DNA from: Bdellovibrionota bacterium
GTDB lineage: Bacteria > Bdellovibrionota_C > UBA2361 > JBGSMV01
NCBI GenBank assembly: GCA_044356455.1
Contig: JBIKWF010000022.1
Coordinates: 1-47,356, forward strand
Direction: 5' to 3'
DNA length: 47,356 nucleotides
Part shown: piece after piece, positions 1 to 9,985 of the stretch
How positions within the stretch are numbered: the stretch's first letter is position 1
Layout of the letters: each line of letters opens with the position of its first letter
The notes under the pieces: model-generated
Database searches by the model: none
Seen by the model: the letters and a program-made list of their open reading frames with translations, nothing else
What the model was told of the DNA's origin: nothing
Translations under genes and position numbers: made by a program

Positions 1-14
1 TCCGTGAGATTACC

Positions 15-171
15 GTTTAAAATCGGCCATCCGGGCCGATTTTCAACATCGCCCCCGATGGTCGCGATTTGCTAACGCCATCCGGGCGTTAGTTAGCCGG
101 CATGGCTCACATCCCGTCGGGGCTGTGAGCCATGCCGGCTAGGTCCAAAGCCTGTAAAAGCTTCAGGCTTT
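15..171. repeat. Cluster of five adjacent hairpins (REP-like element or structured RNA)
   Basis: aaaatcggcc-atccg-ggccgatttt (19-43); catcg-cccc-cgatg (47-60); gctaacgcc-atccg-ggcgttagt (71-93); 18-bp perfect stem 94-111/124-141; aaagcctg/caggcttt (147-171). Confidence 0.7.
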
Positions 172-194
172 AAAGTGGGTAACGTTTCGTTCGC

Positions 195-1184
195 ATGTCA
201 CTACTGCCGAATCCATTTAAACGCCCCCCGGGGGAGTCTCGAAACGCTTCGCCAGCGGTCTCTCAGGCTGCTTCCTTCCGTCCTACCCTCTTCACCAGTC
301 GCTACTATTTCGCAGTAACAAGGCGCCTCTGGCACATGCTACTTCTAAGCACTCCCCTGGACCTGCTCCTTCTCCTTATAAGCCCTTCCGTACTTCGAAA
401 CGAAGAGCTTTCCCGTCTGATGTTCCATGGTAGTGCAGCATGCGCCGTTGTCGCAGGTATCGTCTGGTGCTTGAGAGATGTCCTTATCGACCTGGTCTTT
501 GCTCTGCAGCATACGCAGCGTAAACTCGCAGTGAAGAGCACCTGGCCAGCGGTTGCTCTGATTGCCATCGTTACTCTGGGGGGCCTCGCTGAGTTTGCAC
601 TTCGATTTTCGAAAGTCTCAACTGTAACAGTCCTCATTGGTGGCCTCATTGCATACGGCGCCATCGCTTCGATTCTCAAAGAAGTTCGCGAGCGAAGGGC
701 GCAGGCAACTGCCCTTGAACGTGATCGTACCGCACGCATCGAGCAAGCTAATTACTCCCTTTTCCTGATCGGAATCATTCCCCTCGCAGGTGCCCGACTT
801 GGAGCTCTCTTGGCAAGTCTTGGTTTGCTACTCAGCCATGCTTCCGACTGGCAATTTTTTCTCCCCCCGCTGGGGGCGGCCGCGCTCCTGTTAGTGTTTT
901 TCCCGCACCTTGAACAATTCACTTTCAGCTGTCAGCGCTGCGGCACCACTACCTCGCGAGCGCTGAGAGCAGGCGGTCACTGCCCGATGTGCCTTATGAC
1001 TGCTCCGAACAACCAATTGCTCGTAGTCCCAAGCTCTGAGAATTTCGCCCAGAATCTTTTGAGACGCCTGGAATCCACCGAGAAAGCACCCGAGCACGAC
1101 GAGCGCACGCAAACTGCCCACAACCAGGCACTAACCATCCTGTCAAAAGTCGCTCAGGTTCTTGCACGATTGGCCTCTCGCTGA
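195..1184 (+). CDS. Hypothetical polytopic membrane protein with C-terminal Zn-ribbon-like motif
   Basis: 329-aa ORF with about 6 hydrophobic segments, followed by CQRC...CPMC. Confidence 0.7.
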   Translation: MSLLPNPFKRPPGESRNASPAVSQAASFRPTLFTSRYYFAVTRRLWHMLLLSTPLDLLLLLISPSVLRNEELSRLMFHGSAACAVVAGIVWCLRDVLIDLVFALQHTQRKLAVKSTWPAVALIAIVTLGGLAEFALRFSKVSTVTVLIGGLIAYGAIASILKEVRERRAQATALERDRTARIEQANYSLFLIGIIPLAGARLGALLASLGLLLSHASDWQFFLPPLGAAALLLVFFPHLEQFTFSCQRCGTTTSRALRAGGHCPMCLMTAPNNQLLVVPSSENFAQNLLRRLESTEKAPEHDERTQTAHNQALTILSKVAQVLARLASR

Positions 1185-1185
1185 C

Positions 1186-1239
1186 CCTGTGGTTCATTTA
1201 AATTGTTGAAAAACCACAGAGGGCACAGAGTCTACAGAG
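1186..1239. repeat. AACCACAGAG-type palindromic interspersed repeat
   Basis: ctgtggtt ... aaaaaccacagagggcacagag; 1209-1230 is identical to 36904-36925. Confidence 0.7.
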
Positions 1240-1381
1240 CGGACCTTTAAAGAGATTCCTTAGATAGGCCATCCGCTGCACTTAAGAGCCCTAATCTCCG
1301 ACACCCTGAGGGATTAACGCTACAACCTAGTCAATCTTGAAAACTTTGCTTGGTTACCCGTGAGTCTATGATAGAAACTGC

Positions 1382-2947
1382 TTGAAGTTACTTATGCAGT
1401 CCACAGAAGTTTTAAAATCGCCTTTCACCCATCTCTTTAGTGCTGCCTCAGCCTCTCGCACTTTCGAGATCTCTTCCAAAGCAGGCACGACCCAACCAAG
1501 AAGCCCAGAGGCTGCTAAGAAAGTCGAGTTCGATGCTGATCTCATTGTCGTAGGTTGCGGACCTGCGGGACAAGCAGCAGCGTTCCAAGCTGCCAAGGCA
1601 GGCAAGCGCGTCACTGTGATTGATGAGCGTGGAACAGAAGGCGGCGTCTGTCTTCATACGGGAACAATTCCGAGCAAAACGCTGCGCGAAGCGGCGCGGC
1701 GTCTTCTTCTTGAATGTAAGGGAGCAGAGAACGTTAACCCAGGCGATATGCATCGTCTCTGGTGGACTGTGGAAGAAGTGATCTCCTCGGAGATTGCGCA
1801 TATCCGCGATGATTTTTTACGAAATGGCATAGCCTTCATAGGTGGGAGAGCGACCTTACTAGATCCCCACACCATACACATCTCAATTCCGCACCGAGGA
1901 AGTGGCAAAGCGCCGACAGAATATTCGATGAGAGCTCCTGCGGTAATTCTCGCAACCGGCAGCAAGCCCGCGCGTCTTCCAGGAATAGAATTTGACAGCA
2001 AAGTTGTGCTCTCAGGAGACGAAGTACTCTCCATTCGTGAACTTCCCAGGACGATGGCTATCATTGGAGGAGGCGTCATTGGGAGTGAATACGGCTCCAT
2101 ATTTGCGGCACTTGGCGTTCAAGTGACCATCCTCGACAGGAATAACAGGCTGCTCTCCTCGCTTGACTCTTCGTTAAGCAAGGAGTTCGAGCGTGAGATG
2201 GAAAGGCGCGGCGTGACGATCATTCATCACGCCGAGGTGCGCTCCTGTAAGGCAAAAGCCGAAGGGTCTTCTGCAGTGATCTCCCTTGCTGATGGACGAG
2301 AGATCTGCGCGGATCGGGTGATTGTCTGTGCAGGAAGAGGAGGGGCAACCGAAAACCTTGGACTCGAGGAAAATGGAATTCCAACAGATACTCGAGGAAA
2401 TATCCTTCGCGAAAACGCTGATAGTTTTAGAACCTCGGCTCCCTCCGTGCTCGCTGCGGGAGATGTTCTTGGTGGATTTGGCCTGGCCTCGACCGCCACT
2501 ATCGAGGGACATTCTGCCGCCGCAGACGCAATGGGTCTGAAGGAACATAAAGTAGCGCTCCCTCTCCCTAAAGGCATTTATGCGATGCCTGAAATGGCCT
2601 CGGTTGGACAAACGGAAGAAGATCTCGTGAAGAGAGGCATCCCTTTTGTTTCAGCTCAAGCCAAGTATGCCGAAACAAGCAAGGGAGTCATTCGTGGAGA
2701 GCAATTTGGATTCCTCAAGCTTCTCGTACATGCAGAAACACGCGAGCTGCTTGGTGTGCATATCATCGGGGAAGACGCTGCCGAGCTCATTCATATTGGT
2801 CAGCTTCTGATTGCGAACAAACAAACGGTAGACGACCTCCTCTGCTACGCCTTCAATCAGCCGACCTTTGCAGAAACCTACAAAAAAGCTGGATTTCGCT
2901 GTTGGAACCGTCTGAATGGTTCACAAGCGACTCTCGCTAACTCCTAA
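1382..2947 (+). CDS. sthA: Soluble pyridine nucleotide transhydrogenase (Si-specific NAD(P)+ transhydrogenase)-like flavoprotein
   Basis: FAD motif GCGPAG; GGVCLHTGTIPSKTLRE (CxxxxT, Sth type); NAD motif GGGVIGSEYG; C-terminal FNQPTFAETYK. Start uncertain (ATG 1394 possible). Confidence 0.85.
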   Translation: MKLLMQSTEVLKSPFTHLFSAASASRTFEISSKAGTTQPRSPEAAKKVEFDADLIVVGCGPAGQAAAFQAAKAGKRVTVIDERGTEGGVCLHTGTIPSKTLREAARRLLLECKGAENVNPGDMHRLWWTVEEVISSEIAHIRDDFLRNGIAFIGGRATLLDPHTIHISIPHRGSGKAPTEYSMRAPAVILATGSKPARLPGIEFDSKVVLSGDEVLSIRELPRTMAIIGGGVIGSEYGSIFAALGVQVTILDRNNRLLSSLDSSLSKEFEREMERRGVTIIHHAEVRSCKAKAEGSSAVISLADGREICADRVIVCAGRGGATENLGLEENGIPTDTRGNILRENADSFRTSAPSVLAAGDVLGGFGLASTATIEGHSAAADAMGLKEHKVALPLPKGIYAMPEMASVGQTEEDLVKRGIPFVSAQAKYAETSKGVIRGEQFGFLKLLVHAETRELLGVHIIGEDAAELIHIGQLLIANKQTVDDLLCYAFNQPTFAETYKKAGFRCWNRLNGSQATLANS

Positions 2948-2955
2948 AGGGCTCC

Positions 2956-5652
2956 TTACCCAAGCACTCGCTGCAGCCAGGACTGGGAATTTGTTGAACG
3001 CCCCGTTGATTTCGAAGTTCCTGAATTAGAATCTACGGCGGAGGACCTTGAAACCTTCGGGCGCTGAGAATTCGCCTTACCTAGCGGAACGGTCACCACC
3101 TGAGTAACTCGACCTGAGGCTGAGAAGGACATTAACTTGAGACTATGGGCATTCTTCCAATCTTCAGATCGCACCATGAGAGGTAGGGAGCAAAGTACTA
3201 AGCCCCCTCGACGGATGTGCAGCTCCCTCAGAGAAGGGTCCGCTCTGAGGATAACCCCGCGCAGGCTACCCGGAAGATTGCTTCCCCCCGAGGACTGGTC
3301 AGACCCTGAAGAATCGGAAGCGCTGACGGGTTCTCCTGCCGCATCAAGTAATTCAGCAAAGAGACAAGGAAGGTTCCCACCGACTTCATGCGCAGGCACT
3401 ACCCAGGCAATTACGGCCGAGGGGATCCCAACACCCGATTCGCCCACCAAAGGAGCAGCACTACAGCTTACATCAACCACACGTGCTTCATCGACTACCA
3501 CTTCGGCGGTTTGCGCCTCTCCGGTACTCGACAGATGCCCTGAGAGCGTTACTGGAATAGTCTGAGACATGAGCGATTGGTCATCGCTTGAGCACCATTC
3601 TATTCGGGCAATGAGTTTCTGAGGGCCAATCACTGCCGTCGAAAGCTTCTCCCCCCTGCTCCCTCGCTCCGATTCTGCTCTCGCGAGAATGGAGAGAAGC
3701 GTATGTTCATCGAAGTGACCTACATAACGAAACTCGCGAGTCACGGGATCTGCAGGCACGAGAACGGTATCCGCCAACAAGTGACGCCCCTCTGCGGTTT
3801 CAATGGAACTTCGTACTCGCAACAAGGCTCGCGCGCTGCGCTCATCACGCACCGAAGCCTCAACACGAATGGTGCGCTTGCGCTGCGCACCCAAGTCGTG
3901 ACCTGGCTCAGCCGTGCACACCCTTTGCTGGAGACCAATAAGTTGCTCTGAAAGGGAGAGCGAGGTTCTCAATTTCGCCGACTCCTCGCGCGTCCCCGTC
4001 TGGTCAGAAACATTCAGCACAAGAGGAACTAGTGTTCCGACTAACACCCGATCATCAGCGCCTAGCAAAGAAACCTCGACAAAAAGATCGTGAACTCCTG
4101 TCTCTAGGTCAAGTGCCTGGGTAGGAAACTGTAGCGTTGCTTCTCGCAAGATCTGGAAGGAGCTTTCCGGGTGAACCTCTTGCCGCACGGAAAAGGCAGT
4201 TCTCGAAAGAGAAGGTTCTTCCGTATTTGACCGCGATACACGCGATGAAACTGCACTCCCATTTCTCTCGAGAACTCTACTTTCAACATAGAGCGCCTGC
4301 GATGAGTGGCCACACAGGAAAAGATCGAAGCTTACCTCTACTGCCTCAACGCTCGCTGAAGAAGCTCTCGATGCCACAAGCGCCGTTGATTCGCGTGCAA
4401 CTACTCGTGCCGACACATTCTGAATGCGAGTCCCAGAAACCGGACTTTCGCTCCACAACCCAAGCGACTGGGGAGAAGGCACGCGCACGGATGGCAGCAC
4501 TCCAGGCTGCGTAAGCGCAAGCTCCTGCTGGGAGCGGCGAGGAATACTCAAGGTTTCAAGCTGAGAAGCTTCAAAGACCGGGAATCCATGTTCGTCAAAC
4601 AGCCCAAGCTCAAGCTCAACCTCTCGGCTCCCCGCAGGAAGAAGCAGGCTGGCATACGGCAAGAAGAGCGAAACACGATCTACGATCTGTCGTTGACGAA
4701 GCGGGGTAATCTGCATGACTGCCGCAACTCGCGCGGCCGCATCTTCATTGGAGACAAGGAGTGGTTCAGTATCATCAACCCATTGATGATAGCCTTCTCG
4801 CGGCGCTACGGGCCGTCCCTCAGAGCGCACAAAAAGCTTTAGCCAAAGTGGCTGCTGCGCGCGGCCAAGGAGCCGAAGTCCACAACTGACCTCGACACCA
4901 GGCTCCCCGGCCCATGACGCATCATGGGTCACACGAATATTAAAGAGACACTCTTCGTGATCGTCTCCCACAGAAAGATCATCAAGAGCCTGCATGCTTC
5001 CTGTGCGCCTGACATACCAGCCAAGGAGAAAATCAAGGCTTTCAACGACTCCACCAGGGGTATTGAAGCGCTCACTGACACGTGACGAGGTCATCACCGA
5101 CGTCGCATCGCGCACGAGACCCGTTACTAGATTCTGAATATGGCTCTCTGCGCCAAGCCGCCGAAAAAAGAGCGGAAGGGCATCATCAAGATGAGGGGTT
5201 CCCGTTTCACGCGCCATCAGCTGCCGAAGAAGCACGAGCACTTCCTGGGCACGGTCGAGTGGACTACCCCGCCTCGCGGCGATGGTGGAAAGTCGATACT
5301 CAAGGTTCGCAATCTGCTCAATCCTTGAGCCTCCAAGGCCAACTAACTGCCCATGTATTGAGGCGTCCTGTGCATTTCGGGTAGCGCGCGCAAGCACGAG
5401 GCCGCGCGCGAGAGCTCGAGAGACCGCTGGAGCATTTGCCCCATTCCCCTGAGATGCAACGGGAGTACGCGAGGAGAGAGTAGGGCTAAGAATCGCGCCG
5501 GAGGGCAGTATTCGAGGACTTGGAGCAGAGCCTCCTTCAGGAGCACCAGCTTCATGGCCTCCCTCGCGATTAGGGGCATACTCTGCGCCAGCGATTGCCT
5601 CAGCCCCGAGCAATTCCTCAGCCCCAGATTCGTTATGTCGAGCAGCACTCAT
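2956..5652 (-). CDS. Large hypothetical protein with tandem beta-rich domains
   Basis: About 900-aa ORF; ATG at 5652 preceded by GGAGG; internal similarity between the VEVSCGLRL..LFLPYASLLLPAG and VEVSFDLFL..LQFPTQALDLETG blocks; no signal peptide. Confidence 0.8.
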   Translation of the reverse strand: MSAARHNESGAEELLGAEAIAGAEYAPNREGGHEAGAPEGGSAPSPRILPSGAILSPTLSSRTPVASQGNGANAPAVSRALARGLVLARATRNAQDASIHGQLVGLGGSRIEQIANLEYRLSTIAARRGSPLDRAQEVLVLLRQLMARETGTPHLDDALPLFFRRLGAESHIQNLVTGLVRDATSVMTSSRVSERFNTPGGVVESLDFLLGWYVRRTGSMQALDDLSVGDDHEECLFNIRVTHDASWAGEPGVEVSCGLRLLGRAQQPLWLKLFVRSEGRPVAPREGYHQWVDDTEPLLVSNEDAAARVAAVMQITPLRQRQIVDRVSLFLPYASLLLPAGSREVELELGLFDEHGFPVFEASQLETLSIPRRSQQELALTQPGVLPSVRVPSPQSLGLWSESPVSGTRIQNVSARVVARESTALVASRASSASVEAVEVSFDLFLCGHSSQALYVESRVLERNGSAVSSRVSRSNTEEPSLSRTAFSVRQEVHPESSFQILREATLQFPTQALDLETGVHDLFVEVSLLGADDRVLVGTLVPLVLNVSDQTGTREESAKLRTSLSLSEQLIGLQQRVCTAEPGHDLGAQRKRTIRVEASVRDERSARALLRVRSSIETAEGRHLLADTVLVPADPVTREFRYVGHFDEHTLLSILARAESERGSRGEKLSTAVIGPQKLIARIEWCSSDDQSLMSQTIPVTLSGHLSSTGEAQTAEVVVDEARVVDVSCSAAPLVGESGVGIPSAVIAWVVPAHEVGGNLPCLFAELLDAAGEPVSASDSSGSDQSSGGSNLPGSLRGVILRADPSLRELHIRRGGLVLCSLPLMVRSEDWKNAHSLKLMSFSASGRVTQVVTVPLGKANSQRPKVSRSSAVDSNSGTSKSTGRSTNSQSWLQRVLG

Positions 5653-5942
5653 TTCAAAAAAAACCTCCCTCAAAGGGAGCCTTCAACTACATGGGTTTCA
5701 TGCGAGCGCCCCTGGGAAGGTCACCAGAGATGACCAATGCCAAAGGGGGGAAGCCAAATTCACAAGTGCATCCATACACTTGCTCATTTTTTCTCGGCTC
5801 AAAAGCCGCTAGACAGGCCATGGACCGGCCCCACCCGCATCGTTTGGTATAGACCGCCTTGCGCTAGAGAGAAAGCTGGAAAAAGTTCAGTAACTAACCG
5901 CCACCATTTGAAAAAATCTGTCCCCTCGACTATACACCGGTC

Positions 5943-7271
5943 ATGGCAAATGAAATGAAAATGCCCCAACTTAGCGACACGATGCATCAGGGCAAGATTG
6001 TCTCCTGGCGCAAGAAAGAGGGAGATACCGTCAGCCGCGGCGAGGCCCTCGCAGAAGTCGAAACAGACAAGGCGAATCTTGAAATTGAGTGCTTCACTCC
6101 GGGAACTTTGCTGAAGATTTTGACTCCCGCCGGACAGATTGCAAAGGTTGGCGAAATTATCGCGGTAATTGGCCAGGCTGGTGAGCAAGTCTCTACTGTC
6201 AGCTCAGGCTCAGCCTCTGCTGGCACCCCTCCCGCCGCCTCTGCAACTCGCACGGAGCCCACGACGCCGCAGCAGGGCAAGATTACGACCCCCCAGCCAG
6301 ATAGAGCCTCGTCCGCGCACGCAAATATCCCAAGCAGCTCCGGCATCCCAAGCACTTCCGGTCGAATCAAAGTCTCCCCTCTTGCTCGTAAGATCGCAGA
6401 ACAAAATCATGTCGATCTTGGATCGGTACACGGTTCTGGTCCTCAGGGACGCATACTAAGAAAAGACGTGGTAGCGCGCGTAGGAGCAGCTGCTGCGCCT
6501 GCACCGCGTTCCCCCGCGGCTCTGGCTTCGTCATCTCAGGTAGTTTCTGCTCACGAACAGAGACCGCCAGCAGCTCTTGGCAACCCAGGAGGAGGAACTC
6601 TGACGCCACTCTCAAAGATGAGAGAGACGATTGCGCGCCGAATGCAGGAGAGCGTAAACCAGTCCCCTCATTTTTACGTTACCGCTGCTATCGACATGGA
6701 CCAGGCGGTGACTCTTCGAGAAGCCCTCAAAGAACGCCCTGAGTTCAAAGGAATAAGCCTTAATCATTTGGTGATCAAAGCAGCCGCCTACGGGCTCGCG
6801 CGAGAGCCTCGGGTGAATAGAGCTCTGCGAGACGGCATGGTGTTCGAGCCTGATTCCATTAACGTAGGAATTATCACGGCAATCGAAGATGGTCTTCTCA
6901 TTCCTGTGATTCGGAGCACGGACCAATTACCTCTAAAAGATGTGGTATTTGAGGCCCGCGCTGCGGTTGAGCGCGCTCGCGCGGGAAGACCGAATTCCTC
7001 TGATTTGATGGGCGGCACGTTCTCCATTTCCAACATGGGCATGTTTGATGTCGAGAACTTCACCGCCATCATCAATCCCGGACAGGGTGCCGTACTTGCC
7101 GTGAGCGCCGTAAGCGAAGAAGCGGTGGTGAAACATGGGCAAATCGTCATTGGCAAGCGGATGAAGGTAACTCTTTCGCTCGATCACCGAGTTATTGATG
7201 GATTGATGGGAGCTCAGTTTCTCAAGCACTTCAAAGAAGCGCTTGAAATACCTGCGCTTTTGATGAACTAA
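5943..7271 (+). CDS. pdhC: Dihydrolipoamide acyltransferase E2 (pyruvate dehydrogenase-type)
   Basis: Lipoyl domain VETDKA, Ala/Pro/Ser linker, PSBD VSPLARKIA..GSGPQGRI, catalytic DHRVIDG. Confidence 0.92.
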   Translation: MANEMKMPQLSDTMHQGKIVSWRKKEGDTVSRGEALAEVETDKANLEIECFTPGTLLKILTPAGQIAKVGEIIAVIGQAGEQVSTVSSGSASAGTPPAASATRTEPTTPQQGKITTPQPDRASSAHANIPSSSGIPSTSGRIKVSPLARKIAEQNHVDLGSVHGSGPQGRILRKDVVARVGAAAAPAPRSPAALASSSQVVSAHEQRPPAALGNPGGGTLTPLSKMRETIARRMQESVNQSPHFYVTAAIDMDQAVTLREALKERPEFKGISLNHLVIKAAAYGLAREPRVNRALRDGMVFEPDSINVGIITAIEDGLLIPVIRSTDQLPLKDVVFEARAAVERARAGRPNSSDLMGGTFSISNMGMFDVENFTAIINPGQGAVLAVSAVSEEAVVKHGQIVIGKRMKVTLSLDHRVIDGLMGAQFLKHFKEALEIPALLMN

Positions 7272-7413
7272 GGAACCTCTGAAAAAGCCCCCCACCGCGC
7301 ACTCAGCGTCCTCCGCGTTATTTGAGAACTATTGAATAACGCGGAGGACGCAGAGCACGCGGAGGGAAAACAGGACAAAAAAAGTTTCTTTTCGAGGTCT
7401 TTCAGAGGTTCCC
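7271..7413. mobile_element. MITE-like element (family B) with nested palindrome
   Basis: TA-aggaacctctgaaa ... tttcagaggttccc-TA; begins within the pdhC stop codon; internal IR gcgtcctccgcgttatt/aataacgcggaggacgc. Confidence 0.65.
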
Positions 7414-7493
7414 TAGCAAAACACTTACTCGGTCCTTTACGCGAAAGGTTCCGAACGCTTACGAGGCAGTCTGAAAAAGAGAGGGAGAGTCGT

Positions 7494-8480
7494 ATGGAGT
7501 CCCGCGAGTTAGAAAATATTGCAGAAGCTTCCACGGCAAACGCCCAGGTCCCCTCTCTTGATGGGCAGGCCCCTCTCACAGTACTCCCTCGCGCGCGGGG
7601 CGAAAGAATTCCCAAGCCATCCTGGCTAAAGGCGCGTGCCCCTGGATCTCCGGAATATCTGGAGACTCGCGAAATCGTCAAAACACTTAAGCTCCACACC
7701 GTTTGCGAGGAGGCGCGCTGCCCCAACATCGGAGAATGCTGGTCTCATAGCACCGCAACGTTCATGATCATGGGAGATCTGTGCACGAGAAAGTGCCATT
7801 TCTGCTCGGTAAAAAAAGGAACCACCGATCTAGGACTAGAGAATACCCTTCTGCCTCTGGACCCATTTGAGCCGGAGCGAGTCGGGATTGCAGTAAAGGA
7901 ACTCAAGCTCAAACATGCGGTCATTACCTCCGTAGACCGAGACGACTCGACAGACAATGGCGCCGGCCATTTTGCAAAAACGGTAGCGGCTATTCATAAA
8001 CACGCCCCCGATTGCAAAGTAGAGCTTCTGATTCCCGATTTACGCGGGTCTCAAAAAGACCTCGAGATAATCGTAAAGAGCGGCATTGATGTTCTTAATC
8101 ATAATATCGAGACAGTACCTCGGCTCTACAAGAAGGTACGCCCCGGAGCCGGATACATCCGCTCACTCACCATCCTGCGCTGGGCGAAGGAGTTCGACTC
8201 AAACCTACGAACAAAATCAGGGATCATGGTGGGACTCGGCGAGTCGACAGAGGAAGTGCTCGGCGTGATGGACGACATGCGCGCTTCATCCATCGACATT
8301 ATGACCATCGGACAGTACCTGCGCCCGTCAGAACGGCAGCTTCCGGTAAGGGAATTCATCACTCCAGAGCAGTTCAAAGCCTACGAGACTACCGGCCTGC
8401 AAAAAGGCTTCTCATATGTTGAGTCGGGTCCTCTCGTGCGTAGCTCGTATCATGCGTGGAAACACACCGCAGATAAGTAG
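7494..8480 (+). CDS. lipA: Lipoyl synthase
   Basis: CEEARCPNIGEC auxiliary-cluster motif, radical SAM CTRKCHFC, C-terminal VRSSY. ATG 7494 preferred to TTG 7332, which lies inside the MITE. Confidence 0.96.
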   Translation: MESRELENIAEASTANAQVPSLDGQAPLTVLPRARGERIPKPSWLKARAPGSPEYLETREIVKTLKLHTVCEEARCPNIGECWSHSTATFMIMGDLCTRKCHFCSVKKGTTDLGLENTLLPLDPFEPERVGIAVKELKLKHAVITSVDRDDSTDNGAGHFAKTVAAIHKHAPDCKVELLIPDLRGSQKDLEIIVKSGIDVLNHNIETVPRLYKKVRPGAGYIRSLTILRWAKEFDSNLRTKSGIMVGLGESTEEVLGVMDDMRASSIDIMTIGQYLRPSERQLPVREFITPEQFKAYETTGLQKGFSYVESGPLVRSSYHAWKHTADK

Positions 8481-8629
8481 TCTTGTGGTTAAACAGCCCA
8501 GCGATAGGTAGCTGCGTTGTTCTCTTTGCATTACTAAGTCACAGACAACGCCTTGAGGTACTGCATACAAAATAAAGGTGGTGCTCCCACAGCAAGACAG
8601 AAGAGCCGCCAGCGTCTTATGTGTAAGGG

Positions 8630-9985
8630 ATGAAAGCTCAAACCAAGCGAGTGTTGTTTGTGGCCATGAGCGGCGTGCGAGTCAAAGACCGCGAGCTGCT
8701 TGAGCTTGGAATGACCCTCCCCGGATTCGTTGAGCGTAGCCAAGTCATCGCATCCCTCCCTAGCCTCTCCCTGCTCACTCTTGCCTCCTGGACCCCACAA
8801 AACTGGGAGGTGAAATACCAAGAGATCGATGAAATCAAGCCCGAACCTCTTGAGGAGATCCGTGCCTTCGCGCCCGATCTCGTAGCCATCTCCTCATTCA
8901 CCGCACGCATTCTCGATGCCTATGCACTTGCCGACCAACTTCGTGCACAAGGCATCTGCGTGGTACTCGGAGGACTGCATGTCAGCTCGCTTCCCGATGA
9001 GGCAGCGCTTCACGCTGATGCGATTGTGATAGGCGAGGGAGAGCTTGCTTGGCCAAACCTGATCAGAGACTTTGAAAATAAAGAACTTCGTCCGCGCTAC
9101 GACACCCGTGGCAGTGGCCGCGGATTCGACCTCGCTGATGCGAAGGTGCCAAGTTATCACCTCCTTGACGTGGAGCGCTATAATCGCATCACCCTTCAAA
9201 CCACCCGCGGATGCCCTCTCGATTGTTCCTTCTGCGCAGCATCCCGCCTTATCAGCCCCTATAAGAAAAAACCTTTGCAGCTGGTCCGTAAGGAACTTGA
9301 AGAAATCATAAAGATTTGGAAGCGTCCTTTCATCGAGCTCGCGGATGATAACTCATTTGTTGATAAGCGCTGGGCCAAGAGCATCGCAGAGTTGTTCCTT
9401 GATTATCCTCTGCGTTGGTTCACCGAAACCGATATCTCAGTCGCTGATGATCCAAAGCTTCTTGAGTTGCTCGCGAAATCGGGCTGTGTCCAGATGCTCA
9501 TCGGATTTGAGGCAGCAAGTCTCTCTGCCCTTTCCCATACCGACTCTCGCGGGTGGAAGGCTGGGCAGTTTGAGCACTATCGCTCAAAAATTGCGCGCAT
9601 CCAATCCTTTGGTATCTCGGTGAATGGTTGCTTTATTCTTGGTTTTGACTCCGACGATAAGGATTGTTTTTTACGCACCCGCGAATTTGTGCACGAAGCT
9701 GGTCTTGCGGAAGTTCAGGTAACGATCCTAACCCCGTTTCCCGGCACCGAACTGTATGCGAAACTTCGCAGGGAACAGCGCTTACTTTCTGACGTTTTCT
9801 GGGACCGTTGCACCCTTTTTGATGTAGTCTTCCGCCCGGCTCAGATGACTTCCGCCGAGCTGGCAGAAGGTTTTCGCTGGCTCATGCGGGAGCTCTACAC
9901 CGACGAGAGAAAACGAGAGCGCAGATTGTTTATGAAGCGCGCCGCGCGTGCGCGAAAGGAGAAAGGGCATGCTTCAACTTCATAG
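8630..9985 (+). CDS. B12-binding domain radical SAM protein
   Basis: N-terminal cobalamin-binding fold (VVLGGLHVS, IGEGE), RGCPLDCSFC, LTPFPGT. Confidence 0.9.
   Translation: MKAQTKRVLFVAMSGVRVKDRELLELGMTLPGFVERSQVIASLPSLSLLTLASWTPQNWEVKYQEIDEIKPEPLEEIRAFAPDLVAISSFTARILDAYALADQLRAQGICVVLGGLHVSSLPDEAALHADAIVIGEGELAWPNLIRDFENKELRPRYDTRGSGRGFDLADAKVPSYHLLDVERYNRITLQTTRGCPLDCSFCAASRLISPYKKKPLQLVRKELEEIIKIWKRPFIELADDNSFVDKRWAKSIAELFLDYPLRWFTETDISVADDPKLLELLAKSGCVQMLIGFEAASLSALSHTDSRGWKAGQFEHYRSKIARIQSFGISVNGCFILGFDSDDKDCFLRTREFVHEAGLAEVQVTILTPFPGTELYAKLRREQRLLSDVFWDRCTLFDVVFRPAQMTSAELAEGFRWLMRELYTDERKRERRLFMKRAARARKEKGHASTS

Noticed and set aside
1382..2947. Dihydrolipoamide dehydrogenase (lpdA), suggested by proximity to E2 and lipA
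   Set aside because: It lacks the redox CxxxxC (has CLHTGT) and the HPTxxE motif; the signatures fit Sth.
7332..7493. N-terminal extension of LipA
   Set aside because: It reads through a MITE and palindrome; ATG 7494 has a purine-rich RBS.
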